This document shows, piece after piece, positions 6,427 to 16,063 of a stretch of DNA of 31,276 nt. Position 1 is the first letter of the stretch. Each line of letters opens with the position of its first letter. The position numbers and the translations under genes were made by a program. The stretch is taken from positions 1-31,276 of IMG/VR virus record IMGVR_UViG_3300020045_005261; one strand, 5' to 3'. The notes under the pieces are model-generated. The model had not been told where the DNA came from. It ran no database searches and saw only the letters and a list, made by a program, of their open reading frames with translations. Origin of the DNA: a virus (Duplodnaviria; Caudoviricetes).

Positions 6427-8367
6427 ATGGATAAAAAATTAATGGATATTGAAGTATTTAAAAATTACTTCTGTATTGGAATAGAAGATTATGTTACTAA
6501 AGAATTAATATTTTATGAAATTTCTGAAGAAAAAAATGAATTAGATTTAATTTATAATTGGTGTAAAGATTTTAAAGGATTTATGATAACCTTTAATGGT
6601 ATTCATTATGATAATATGATTATTAAGTATTTACTTAAAAATTATAATAAATATAAACATTGGGAATGGTCTAATATAACATTAGATTTAAAGTATTTTT
6701 CAGATAAGATTATTTATGGAGATTCTTTTGATAATGAAATTAAAGAAATTAAGTATTTTAAAACAGATTGGACTGATATAGATTTATTTTTATATTGGTC
6801 CAAAATGTTAAGACTATCCAAAAAAATATCTTTAAAATCATTAGGTATTCAATTAGGTTACCATACTGTTCAAGAATTACCATTTAAACATGATTCTATT
6901 TTAACTTTAGAAGATTTACCTAAATTACGTTATTACAATTATACACATGATTTAGGAATATTACGATTACTTTGTGATAAAATGAATGATCAAATTGTTC
7001 AAAGAAGAGATGCAATTATAAAGTTTGGATTTGGTAAAGAATGCTATAGTTGGGATGGAGTAAAATTAGGGTTAAATATATTATTAAAAGAATATTGTTT
7101 AGCTAATAATACAACATTAAATAATATTAAAGATTTAAGAACACCTTTTCCTCAAGAAGGAATATTAATTAAAGATATAATTTTACCTTCAATTAAATTT
7201 AAGCCTACAGAAAAAAAAATTACAATTACTATCAGTAAAGGTAGGGAAATATATAATTGTAATAGTTTTTACACATTATATAATCATATTTCTAATAGGA
7301 AAGTATTTTCAACTAACGAATTAAGTTACTCTGTTGTTTCTAAAGGTGTTAAATATGATATTAAAAGTGGAGGATTACATTCTTGGCATGAAAATGATAT
7401 TGTAATTCCTGATTTAACTAAAGTTTTATTTCGAGATAAAGATGTAAGTTCATATTATCCAACATTAGGTTCAGAATATGAATTTGTACCAAAACATTTA
7501 CCAGGAATGGGTAAATTAATTAAAAATCTTAAAACTTTAAGATTGCAATATAAAGCTGAAGGTAATAAAAAAGATGCTGAATTATATAAGCTTGCTTTAA
7601 ATGGAGGATATTATGGTAATCTTAATAATGAATATTCACCAATGTTTGATCCTTTACAACTACTCTCTGTAACTATTAATGGACAATTATTCTTATTAAT
7701 GTTATGTGAATGGTTTGAAGAAAATAATATTATAATTGATGCTTGTAATACTGATGGAGTTACTGTTATTTTAACTAAAGATAAAGAAGATTTATTTGAA
7801 GAATTATGTTCTAAATGGGAAAAAATTACATTAATGGAATTAGAAGCTGTTGATTACATTAAAGTTATTCGTAAGAATATTAATAATTATATTGCAGTAA
7901 CTACTACAGGAGACGTAAAACGTAAAGGATTATTTAAATTTTTAGATAAAGAAATTCCTTTAGGTGATTCTATAGATGAATTAGTTATATCTAAAGCTTT
8001 AGATGCTTATTTTAATAAAAATATACAACCAAAAGAATTTATACCTAATCCTAAAAAATACAATTTACATATTTACGATTATTGTAAATCTAATAAAATA
8101 GGAAAAGATTATAAAGTTTGGTGGAAATCAGAACCTCAACAACAATTAAATAGGTATTATTTTAGTAAAAAAGGAGCTTATTTATTTAAACAAAAAAACG
8201 GCGTAGGTACTATGAATCATGTTAATGTAGATAATCCTGTTATATTGTTTAATAATTATAAAGATAAACCTTGGAAAGAATATAATATAAATTACAATTA
8301 TTATATTTCTGCAACACAAAAGATTATAGATGAATTACAAAATTTAAACCAATTAACTTTATTTTAA
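6427..8367 (+). CDS. DNA polymerase family B with 3'-5' exonuclease
   Basis: ExoI DIEV, ExoII FNGIHYD, motif A DVSSYYP, motif B KLALNGGYYG, motif C NTDG. Confidence 0.93.
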   Translation: MDKKLMDIEVFKNYFCIGIEDYVTKELIFYEISEEKNELDLIYNWCKDFKGFMITFNGIHYDNMIIKYLLKNYNKYKHWEWSNITLDLKYFSDKIIYGDSFDNEIKEIKYFKTDWTDIDLFLYWSKMLRLSKKISLKSLGIQLGYHTVQELPFKHDSILTLEDLPKLRYYNYTHDLGILRLLCDKMNDQIVQRRDAIIKFGFGKECYSWDGVKLGLNILLKEYCLANNTTLNNIKDLRTPFPQEGILIKDIILPSIKFKPTEKKITITISKGREIYNCNSFYTLYNHISNRKVFSTNELSYSVVSKGVKYDIKSGGLHSWHENDIVIPDLTKVLFRDKDVSSYYPTLGSEYEFVPKHLPGMGKLIKNLKTLRLQYKAEGNKKDAELYKLALNGGYYGNLNNEYSPMFDPLQLLSVTINGQLFLLMLCEWFEENNIIIDACNTDGVTVILTKDKEDLFEELCSKWEKITLMELEAVDYIKVIRKNINNYIAVTTTGDVKRKGLFKFLDKEIPLGDSIDELVISKALDAYFNKNIQPKEFIPNPKKYNLHIYDYCKSNKIGKDYKVWWKSEPQQQLNRYYFSKKGAYLFKQKNGVGTMNHVNVDNPVILFNNYKDKPWKEYNINYNYYISATQKIIDELQNLNQLTLF

Positions 8368-8636
8368 TGGAAAGATATAAAATTACAAAATTAAGAGCTG
8401 TTGATAATCCTAAACATGGTAATTATGGATACGGTGATTTAGAGGATTATTATGAAGGTTATTTTACTAAAGAACCAACAATAGATGAGAGATTCAATTT
8501 ATTACCTATTACTAGTTTTGGTAAACCTCATCTTGGTGGAATATCAACATCATTAGTAACTAAAATTATTGATGAAAATACATTTGAAACTTTAAATTCA
8601 GTTTATAGAATTGATAAAATAATTGAAAATGAATAA
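8367..8636 (+). CDS. Hypothetical protein
   Basis: 89 aa, TAATG coupling to the polymerase stop. Confidence 0.75.
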   Translation: MERYKITKLRAVDNPKHGNYGYGDLEDYYEGYFTKEPTIDERFNLLPITSFGKPHLGGISTSLVTKIIDENTFETLNSVYRIDKIIENE

Positions 8637-8832
8637 ACCAGAATATATTTTTGCTATTGATCTTGTAATGGAACAACATCAAATTACTAATCCTATATTA
8701 ATTGCTGAAAAAATTCAAGAAGATTTAGAAATGGATGTAACTATTCATCAGATTATGGATTATTTATCAATTAATCAAGAAAATTGGGAAACAGAATCAA
8801 ATAAAATAGAATATTATGAAAACAATTATTAA
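8623..8832 (+). CDS. Hypothetical acidic protein
   Basis: 69 aa, overlaps the previous gene end. Confidence 0.7.
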   Translation: MKMNKPEYIFAIDLVMEQHQITNPILIAEKIQEDLEMDVTIHQIMDYLSINQENWETESNKIEYYENNY

Positions 8833-8834
8833 AT

Positions 8835-9020
8835 ATGAAAAATAAATTATGTTGTAAATGTGTTGGATCTACTAAAGTTATGATTCCTAAAACTAATGGT
8901 AAAAAAGGATTTCAATATGAAAACTGTAAATTATGTAATGGAACAGGTGTAATTTCTGAAGAAACTGAAGAAGATTATTTACTTTCTTTAAATGAGGATT
9001 TAATAAATGATTATGAATGA
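8835..9020 (+). CDS. Small zinc-finger protein (DnaJ-type CxxCxG repeats)
   Basis: CKCVGS and CKLCNGTG motifs. Confidence 0.7.
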   Translation: MKNKLCCKCVGSTKVMIPKTNGKKGFQYENCKLCNGTGVISEETEEDYLLSLNEDLINDYE

Positions 9021-9096
9021 GTCTGTAATAGGATTTATATTATTAGGATGTTTTGTAATTATTATGATTTATATTAATTTAATTAAAAAGAAATAA
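9013..9096 (+). CDS. 27-aa single-TM micro-ORF
   Basis: MNESVIGFILLGCFVIIMIYINLIKKK fills the gap between genes. Confidence 0.45.
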   Translation: MNESVIGFILLGCFVIIMIYINLIKKK

Positions 9097-9098
9097 AT

Positions 9099-9686
9099 AT
9101 GAAAGAAGCTTTTATATTAGATTTAAATTTTCTAAAAGAACAAGATATTCATCCTGAAGAATTCTTAGTGTTAATAGGTTTGAATAATAATTTAGAAATT
9201 GTACATTCTGAAACATGGTTTACTTCTCTTGAATTTAAAGGTTTTATTAAAAGAAGTAACTCTGAAGTTATTCTTCGTGAAAAAGGTAAATTATTATTAA
9301 ATTTCTTATCAATAGAAAGTAACTATTCAAATTATAAAGATAAAAAGATTATTAAAAAGTCTAATCGTGTTATTAACGAAGGATTTGATGAATTTATAGA
9401 AGACTATAGAAATCTATGGAAGGGTCTTAAAGTTGGCTCTATGGGGTCTCCAAATGCTTGTAAAGAGAAGATGGAAAGATGGATGAAAGAAAATCCTAAT
9501 TACTCTAAAGAAGATATTCTTAAAGCTGCTAAAATTTATATTAATTCTTTAAATAACTATCAATATCTTCAAGCTGCTCATTATTTTATTTATAAAAAAG
9601 ATGGTAAAGAAGAAGATTCTAGATTATCAGCTTTCATTGAAGAGAAAGAAGTTAATAACACAGACTGGACCACAAAACTTTCCTGA
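9099..9686 (+). CDS. Putative DNA-binding or replication-organiser protein
   Basis: wHTH-like N-terminus (LEFKGFIKR...LREKGK) and helical C-domain; lies in the replication module; function inferred. Confidence 0.45.
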   Translation: MKEAFILDLNFLKEQDIHPEEFLVLIGLNNNLEIVHSETWFTSLEFKGFIKRSNSEVILREKGKLLLNFLSIESNYSNYKDKKIIKKSNRVINEGFDEFIEDYRNLWKGLKVGSMGSPNACKEKMERWMKENPNYSKEDILKAAKIYINSLNNYQYLQAAHYFIYKKDGKEEDSRLSAFIEEKEVNNTDWTTKLS

Positions 9687-9688
9687 TT

Positions 9689-9877
9689 ATGAAAAATAAT
9701 AATATTACTTGGGAAGAATTTGAAAAAAGTTGTTATCATACTCAATACAGTATTGTAATACCTTTAGTTAATAGAATGATGATTAATAAATTAGAATTTA
9801 TGACTAAAGGTAAATTAGATAATAATAAACTTAGAAGTAAATTAATGGAAATTTATGAAGAAAAATTTAAAAAATAA
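9689..9877 (+). CDS. Hypothetical protein
   Basis: 62 aa, packed. Confidence 0.6.
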   Translation: MKNNNITWEEFEKSCYHTQYSIVIPLVNRMMINKLEFMTKGKLDNNKLRSKLMEIYEEKFKK

Positions 9878-10038
9878 TGAAAAATATGGAAGAATTTGAA
9901 GAATTAGTTAAAGATAAAGAAATTTATATTTTAGGAAAAACATCTCAAGATTTTAGAATAGGTTTTGATGAAGATATATTAATACTAAAACCTGATGGAA
10001 CTTATGAATATATCGAAAGTGATGGAGAATATATTTAA
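9877..10038 (+). CDS. 53-aa acidic hypothetical protein (not in ORF track)
   Basis: MKNMEEFEELVKDKEIYILG...; TAATG coupling. Confidence 0.6.
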   Translation: MKNMEEFEELVKDKEIYILGKTSQDFRIGFDEDILILKPDGTYEYIESDGEYI

Positions 10039-10049
10039 AAAAATGAAAA

Positions 10050-10475
10050 ATGATATACGTTAAAGAAATAGACGTTCCTAAAACTAAAACTCGTAAGAAC
10101 TTTATTAAGAAGTTTTTAACAGGTAAAAAAATTCCATCTTATCAAGATCCAGAATTTACAAAAGTTCAATGTAATGGTAAAGGTGAAAATGTTGATGGAG
10201 CTAGTCGTAGTATTACAGAATTACATGAATTAACTAAATCTAGATTTCCTGCTACGTCAATGAAAGCAATGGTTAAAATCTTATTTGAATTAATTGAAGA
10301 AGATCAATCAGTGATATTAGTTTGGTGTGATAAAATTCAAAAAGTAGTTGTAAAATATGTCCCAAATACTTCTGCAGAATGGATTTCTAAATATAGTATA
10401 AAAAACCATTATACTAAGAAAGGTATAGATGGTTATAGTTTAGCTGATTATAATGAAATTAAAGATAATTTGTAA
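10050..10475 (+). CDS. Hypothetical protein, paralog of 11520-11987
   Basis: Shared YxDPEF..Q, RS..E and LV.CD motifs. Confidence 0.8.
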   Translation: MIYVKEIDVPKTKTRKNFIKKFLTGKKIPSYQDPEFTKVQCNGKGENVDGASRSITELHELTKSRFPATSMKAMVKILFELIEEDQSVILVWCDKIQKVVVKYVPNTSAEWISKYSIKNHYTKKGIDGYSLADYNEIKDNL

Positions 10476-10870
10476 TGGAAAAAGAATTTGTAAGCTACGA
10501 AATTGCATTAGCTTTAAAAGAATTAGGATTTGATAAACCTTGTTTTTGTATCTGGAATAGAGAAAAGAAAATTAGATTTAACAATTTACATAATTCTAAC
10601 GATAGTAATAAAAATGCTAAACTAACAAATAATAATGGTAAATATCCAGCACCAACATTCTCACAAGCTTTTAGATGGTTTAGAGAAAAACATATAATTG
10701 GAGAGATAAAATTTAAAGGAGGTTGGACTACTAAAACATCTTGGTATGATTATGTTATTTATTCTGACATAGACTGGGTAAATGATAAACCTAATAAACA
10801 ATGGAAAAATTACGAAGAAGCTGAATTAGAATGTCTTAAAAAAATAATAGAAATAGTAAAAAATAAATAA
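10475..10870 (+). CDS. Hypothetical protein, paralog of 18977-19402
   Basis: Shared E.A...KE.GFD, PT.S....W.RE.H and YE.A motifs. Confidence 0.8.
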   Translation: MEKEFVSYEIALALKELGFDKPCFCIWNREKKIRFNNLHNSNDSNKNAKLTNNNGKYPAPTFSQAFRWFREKHIIGEIKFKGGWTTKTSWYDYVIYSDIDWVNDKPNKQWKNYEEAELECLKKIIEIVKNK

Positions 10871-10872
10871 AA

Positions 10873-11520
10873 ATGAAAGAATTGATTTGTATAAATCCAA
10901 AAAATTATAAACTTACAGAAGGTAATAAGTATGTAATTGTTATTGATGAAGGTGAAACTGTTATGATTGTTAATGACAGTAATAAAACTGTCAGATATTA
11001 TAAAGATCTATTTCAAGAAATTGAAGAAGAAATTATTCCTGAACCAGAACCAGTTGTTGTTAGAACTGAACAAGATTTAATTGAAAGTATTGCTAGTGAC
11101 GATAAAGATATAACTTTTATTGATTTTAATAATGAATTAGTTTCTATTGATAATTATTTATCTATTTTAAATAATGAAAATAGTTTTAGTTGTGGTATTA
11201 AAAATGTAACTAATATTGGTGGTCAATTAGAAGAAATTTATGGTGTTATTGAAGAATTAAATCATGATGAAGATTTACCATTATTAACAAAAGCTTTAAT
11301 TAATCATCATTTTAAAAACTATATTAGACATAAATCAAATAATGGTTTTAATGCTGGTATTTATTTATTATCTTGTAATATTGATGGTAATGGTTTAGAT
11401 GAAGAAACTGTTGATATTTTAAATGAAATTTCAGATTTTAATACAGAACCTAAATTAAATCCTAATAGTGGTAATCAAATTAAATTATGGGGATTTTATA
11501 AATCTAATTTAGACAACTAA
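10873..11520 (+). CDS. Hypothetical acidic protein
   Basis: 215 aa; ends with an NPNSGNQIKLW motif. Confidence 0.8.
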   Translation: MKELICINPKNYKLTEGNKYVIVIDEGETVMIVNDSNKTVRYYKDLFQEIEEEIIPEPEPVVVRTEQDLIESIASDDKDITFIDFNNELVSIDNYLSILNNENSFSCGIKNVTNIGGQLEEIYGVIEELNHDEDLPLLTKALINHHFKNYIRHKSNNGFNAGIYLLSCNIDGNGLDEETVDILNEISDFNTEPKLNPNSGNQIKLWGFYKSNLDN

Positions 11521-11987
11521 TGAAATTATATATAAAAGATGTAACCAGAGATAAAAAAGATACATTATATACATTTCTTTTAAAAAATTTAAATATTGGT
11601 GGTCATTATGAAAAACGAGGTAAATTTAATGCAACTTATTATGATCCAGAATTTAAACAATTACAATATAAATCAGCAAAAAGAAGTTTTGAAGAAATTG
11701 TGTTAATTAGTAAAACTTATTTTAAAGTTTCTGATAAAACTGTTGCTAAAGTTATAATTCGTATTTTAAATAAATATCCACAAGTAACTTTAGTTTTATG
11801 TGATTTTGCTAAAAAATGGGTTGTATATTGTGATTTATCTAAAAATGAAAATTCAAAATATTGTGCAAAATATAATCAAGGATTTTTAAAGATAAATGAA
11901 GACGGTCATGGTAAATATACATATAATGATATTATGGTTTTAGCTGGATTACCAAAAGAAGATGTTAACATAAATAATAATCTTTAA
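11520..11987 (+). CDS. Hypothetical protein, paralog of 10050-10475
   Basis: YYDPEFKQLQ, KRSFEE, LVLCD. Confidence 0.8.
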   Translation: MKLYIKDVTRDKKDTLYTFLLKNLNIGGHYEKRGKFNATYYDPEFKQLQYKSAKRSFEEIVLISKTYFKVSDKTVAKVIIRILNKYPQVTLVLCDFAKKWVVYCDLSKNENSKYCAKYNQGFLKINEDGHGKYTYNDIMVLAGLPKEDVNINNNL

Positions 11988-12053
11988 AAAATTATGAAAA
12001 AAGATTAAAAATATTGAAAACTTATAAGATTATTAGTAAATACTAATAAATTA

Positions 12054-13163
12054 ATGAGTGAAGAAAAAAAATCTCTATTTTCTAGAGTATATGAAACTAT
12101 TGTAAACAAAAGAGAAAGGATTTTAAGTGGAAAAATAAATTCAATTCCATGGGGTTTACCAAGATTTGAAGAAAGTTCTCCAGGTATAGAACAAGGTAAA
12201 TATTACCAAGTTACTGCTCAAAGTAAAGCGGGTAAAACTCAACTTACAGACTGGTTATTTGTATTTAATACTATTAAACAAATAGTAGATGATAATCTCG
12301 ATATAAGATTAAAAATATTTTATTTTAGTTTAGAACTTTCTAAAGAAGAAAAAATGTTAGCTTGTTTTGCAAATATACTTTATATAAAAGAAGGTTTAAG
12401 AATTGCTCCAACAGATTTAAAATCTACACACGCTAAAAAGGTATTAAGCTTTGAAGTTTTAGAAATTATATCTAAATATCAAAAATATTTTGATAAAATT
12501 GAAGAAATTGTAGAATTTGTAGATGATATTCGTCACGCTACAGGAATTTATGATTTAGTTCGTAAATATGCATTAGCTAATGGAACTATTTATTATAGAG
12601 ATATTATAATTAAAGGTGAAGTAACTCAAGTTGAAGATAGATACGAACCTAATGATCCCGATGAATATGTTATGATTCTTATAGACCATATGGGATTAAT
12701 TCAACCACAAAAATTAAATGGAATTCAATTATCTTTGCACGAAAGTATATCTTTATTATCTTCGGATTATTTAATTAAACTTAGAAATAGATTTAATTAT
12801 ACACCTGTTGTAGTTATTCAACAAGCTATTGCTGGAGAAAATATTGAACATAAAAAAGCAGGTGCTTTACGTCCATCAGTAGCTAATCTTGGAGATAATA
12901 AACTAATTGCAAGAGATTGTAATATGATGATTGGTATATTTAGTCCATTTAAACATGAAATTCCTGAATATATGGGTTATGATATTAAAAGATTTGAAGA
13001 TAAAATTCGTTTTATGGAAATTATAATATCTCGTGATGGAGGAGCTGGAACAGTTTGTCCATTATATTTTGATGGAGCAACAAATTATTTCAAAGAATTA
13101 CCACTACCCTCTGATAAAGAAGCAATACAAAAGGTTTATGATTTTATAAAAAATATTAGATAA
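12054..13163 (+). CDS. DnaB-like (SF4) replicative helicase
   Basis: Walker A AQSKAGKT, YFSLE, Walker B ILIDH, VVIQQ, IIISRDG. Confidence 0.88.
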   Translation: MSEEKKSLFSRVYETIVNKRERILSGKINSIPWGLPRFEESSPGIEQGKYYQVTAQSKAGKTQLTDWLFVFNTIKQIVDDNLDIRLKIFYFSLELSKEEKMLACFANILYIKEGLRIAPTDLKSTHAKKVLSFEVLEIISKYQKYFDKIEEIVEFVDDIRHATGIYDLVRKYALANGTIYYRDIIIKGEVTQVEDRYEPNDPDEYVMILIDHMGLIQPQKLNGIQLSLHESISLLSSDYLIKLRNRFNYTPVVVIQQAIAGENIEHKKAGALRPSVANLGDNKLIARDCNMMIGIFSPFKHEIPEYMGYDIKRFEDKIRFMEIIISRDGGAGTVCPLYFDGATNYFKELPLPSDKEAIQKVYDFIKNIR

Positions 13164-13164
13164 T

Positions 13165-13752
13165 ATGTTATTATATAGACATTTAAAACCTAATGGTGAA
13201 ACTTTTTATATTGGAGTTGGAAATAAAATTAGACCTTATACTAAATCAGATAGAAGTGATTTTTGGTGGAAAGTTGTTAACAAATATGATTATGAGATTC
13301 AGATTTTAAAAACAGGTTTGACTAAAAAAGAAGCTTATGAATTAGAAATAATGTTAATAAGTTGGTATGGAAGACGAGATTTAGGATTGGGACCACTTGT
13401 TAATCTTACAAATGGTGGGGATGGTTCTAACAATGTAATTGTTTCACAAGAAACTAGAGATAAACTTAGTAAAATACATACTGGAAGTAAAAGATCTGAA
13501 GAAACTAAAAGACGAATGTCTGAAAAAGCTAAATTGCGAATTTTTTCAGAAGAAACTAGACTGAAAATGTCAGAATCTGCAAAGAAAAAGATAATTACTA
13601 AAGAACATTATGATAAAATACATACTTCTCGAAAAGGTGAAAATAATGACATGTTTGGTAAAACTCATTCAGAAGAAACGCGAGAAAAAATAAGACAAAA
13701 AGCATTATTAAGATATAATAAAAATGATCAATTAGAAGAAAATACTTCATAG
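13165..13752 (+). CDS. Free-standing GIY-YIG homing endonuclease with NUMOD3 repeats
   Basis: LYRH...FYIGVG, EAYELE, NLTNGGDG, SEETK/HSEETREKI repeats. Confidence 0.85.
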   Translation: MLLYRHLKPNGETFYIGVGNKIRPYTKSDRSDFWWKVVNKYDYEIQILKTGLTKKEAYELEIMLISWYGRRDLGLGPLVNLTNGGDGSNNVIVSQETRDKLSKIHTGSKRSEETKRRMSEKAKLRIFSEETRLKMSESAKKKIITKEHYDKIHTSRKGENNDMFGKTHSEETREKIRQKALLRYNKNDQLEENTS

Positions 13753-13762
13753 CAATAATGCA

Positions 13763-13810
13763 GAAAAAATGAATAAAGTTTATGAATTTATGAAAAATAT
13801 TAAAAAATAG
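13763..13810 (+). pseudogene. Orphan duplicate of the helicase C-terminus
   Basis: Encodes EKMNKVYEFMKNIKK*; the helicase ends EAIQKVYDFIKNIR*. Confidence 0.7.
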
Positions 13811-13816
13811 TGAAAA

Positions 13817-14368
13817 ATGAAAAAAGATTATGGTTGGGGAAGTTCTAGCCCTGTAACATGGAGTTTTACAATAAATAATAATGAAACAATTAATAAAAAA
13901 CAAAGTTGTTATAGTAGAATGGTTGATAATGTAATTTTTATAACTTTATATGATTTAGATTGTGAAAAAACTATAAAATATAAAATGTTTTATTTGCAAT
14001 ATGTTTCAGATATGTATGATTTAAATGCTGAAATTACAGAAGAGTATTTTAAATTTAAATGTCAAGGTAATAGATATAAAAATATGTTAATTTGTGCAAC
14101 TATTAGATTATTATGGGAAAATATAGGTAGTATTAATCCGGCAATTCCAATGCATGATGTATTTTTTGAAAAATTACAAAATGGTAAATCTAAATATAGA
14201 AATAAATTAAAACGTTTTTGTAATTTTTATTCTCAAATTGATTTAGGTGAAAAAAAGAATTATTTTCATGATGGTCATTCTTGGAAACCTTTTCAAACAT
14301 TAATTAAATCTACTTCAGATTTTAAGAATTATAATGGAAATTCTGTTAATGAATTTTTCCATAAATAA
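13817..14368 (+). CDS. Hypothetical protein
   Basis: 183 aa ORF. Confidence 0.8.
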   Translation: MKKDYGWGSSSPVTWSFTINNNETINKKQSCYSRMVDNVIFITLYDLDCEKTIKYKMFYLQYVSDMYDLNAEITEEYFKFKCQGNRYKNMLICATIRLLWENIGSINPAIPMHDVFFEKLQNGKSKYRNKLKRFCNFYSQIDLGEKKNYFHDGHSWKPFQTLIKSTSDFKNYNGNSVNEFFHK

Positions 14369-14400
14369 ATTAAATAATACAAAATTGAAGATATAATATA

Positions 14401-14449
14401 AAAATATCTAAAAATAGTAAAAAATATCTAAAAATAATTTATATCTTTG
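14401..14449 (+). promoter_or_regulatory. Bacteroidota-type -7 promoter element with an upstream 16-bp direct repeat
   Basis: TATCTTTG (14442-14449) fits TAnnTTTG; AAAATATCTAAAAATA at 14401 and 14421. Confidence 0.45.
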
Positions 14450-14478
14450 TTAATAATTAACAAATAAATAAATTAAAT

Positions 14479-15243
14479 ATGATAGAACTACCAACCAAAA
14501 AGGTAGCAATTACACAAATAAATCCAAGTAAATTAATATTATTTTCAAGTCCAAAGGCGGGAAAAACTTCTGCATTAGCAATGTTAGAAAATAATTTAAT
14601 ATTGGATTTAGAAGATGGCGCGGGTTATGTAGATGCTTTAAAAATTAATGTAAAAGATATTGCTAGAAAAAAAGATATTAAACCTATCGTAGCTTTAAAA
14701 CAAGTCATTAATAAAATTAAAGAAGCTAATATTGCAAACAAAGGTTATGTTTATAAATATATTACAATAGATACAATTTCTGCTTTAGAAAACGATTACG
14801 CTCCAGATTTAGCATTAAAAATGCATTTAGCTACACCAATTGGACGTAATTTTCAAGGTGACGATATTTTAACACTTAGTAATGGACAAGGTTGGGGGAT
14901 TTTACGTAACGCAATTTTATTAATTGTACAAGAATTAGAAGAATTATGTGAAACATTAATTATATCCGCTCATACCAAAGATAAAATTGTAGAATTTTCT
15001 GGCAAGGAATTAGTCCAGAGGATGATAGATCTCGCGGGGAAAACACCATCGATACTATGTAGTCATTCTGATGCAATAGGTTATGTTTATCGTAAAGATA
15101 ATCAAACAATTGTAAATTTTCAAACAGCAGAGTCATTATCTGTAGGTGCAAGACCAGAACATCTTAAAAATCAAGAGATTGTATTACTAGAATCAGATGA
15201 TCAAGGTAATTTTACAGCTCATTGGGATAAAATATTTAAATAA
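14479..15243 (+). CDS. AAA_24/Sak4-like P-loop ATPase
   Basis: SSPKAGKT, LDLEDG, ITIDT, ISAH, DAIGY. Confidence 0.82.
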   Translation: MIELPTKKVAITQINPSKLILFSSPKAGKTSALAMLENNLILDLEDGAGYVDALKINVKDIARKKDIKPIVALKQVINKIKEANIANKGYVYKYITIDTISALENDYAPDLALKMHLATPIGRNFQGDDILTLSNGQGWGILRNAILLIVQELEELCETLIISAHTKDKIVEFSGKELVQRMIDLAGKTPSILCSHSDAIGYVYRKDNQTIVNFQTAESLSVGARPEHLKNQEIVLLESDDQGNFTAHWDKIFK

Positions 15244-15298
15244 TAATTGGGTTTTTTAAAATAAATTCCGTATATTGCATAAAATTAAAATGTAATAA

Positions 15299-15991
15299 AT
15301 GATAGGAATTTATAAGATAATTAACCCTAATGGTAGAGTTTATATCGGTCAAAGTAGAGATATTGAAAAAAGATTTAAACAATATAAAAGATTAAAATGT
15401 AAAAAACAACCTAGATTATACAATAGTTTTTTAAAATATAATGTTGAAAATCACACATTTGAAATTATAGAAGAATGTGATTTCAATGATTTAAATATTA
15501 AAGAACGTTATTATCAAGATTTATATGATGTCACTAATGAAAAAGGTTTAAATTGTACTTTAACAAAAACAGATATTTTACCACAAGTTGTTAGTGACAT
15601 AACTAGAGAAAAAATTGGAAATAGAATACTTTCAGAAGAAAGTCGACTTAAAATGAGTTTATCTAGAAAAGGTACAAAATGGTCTGAAGAAACCCGATTA
15701 AAAGTCAAAGGTAAGATTATTGCAGAAAATGTTAAAATTAAAATGAGTTTAGCCAAAAAAGATAAATATAATGGTGGAAATCATCCAATGTATGGTAAAA
15801 CTCATTCAGAAGAAACTAAATTAAAAATGAGTTTATCTAAAACTAAAAAAGTTATAAATGTAATAACAAATGAGATTTTTAATTCTTCTGATGAATGTGT
15901 TTTAATTAATAATCTTTCTATTACCTCAGCTTATTTAAGATTAATGCTTTCTGGAAAAAGAAATAATAATACAGATTTTAAATATTTATAA
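15299..15991 (+). CDS. GIY-YIG homing endonuclease with NUMOD3
   Basis: GIYKI...VYIGQS...KRF, HPMYGKTHSEETKLKMS. Confidence 0.9.
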   Translation: MIGIYKIINPNGRVYIGQSRDIEKRFKQYKRLKCKKQPRLYNSFLKYNVENHTFEIIEECDFNDLNIKERYYQDLYDVTNEKGLNCTLTKTDILPQVVSDITREKIGNRILSEESRLKMSLSRKGTKWSEETRLKVKGKIIAENVKIKMSLAKKDKYNGGNHPMYGKTHSEETKLKMSLSKTKKVINVITNEIFNSSDECVLINNLSITSAYLRLMLSGKRNNNTDFKYL

Positions 15992-16063
15992 GTTAGAATT
16001 CTTTTAAAAAAAATTCAAATATATAAGCCTATAAATTAAATAAAAAAAAACGAGAGAGAGAAG

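Noticed and set aside
16052-16063. GAGAGAGAGAAG purine run before the SSB-like gene
   Set aside because: Unusual for this genome but too short to support a function
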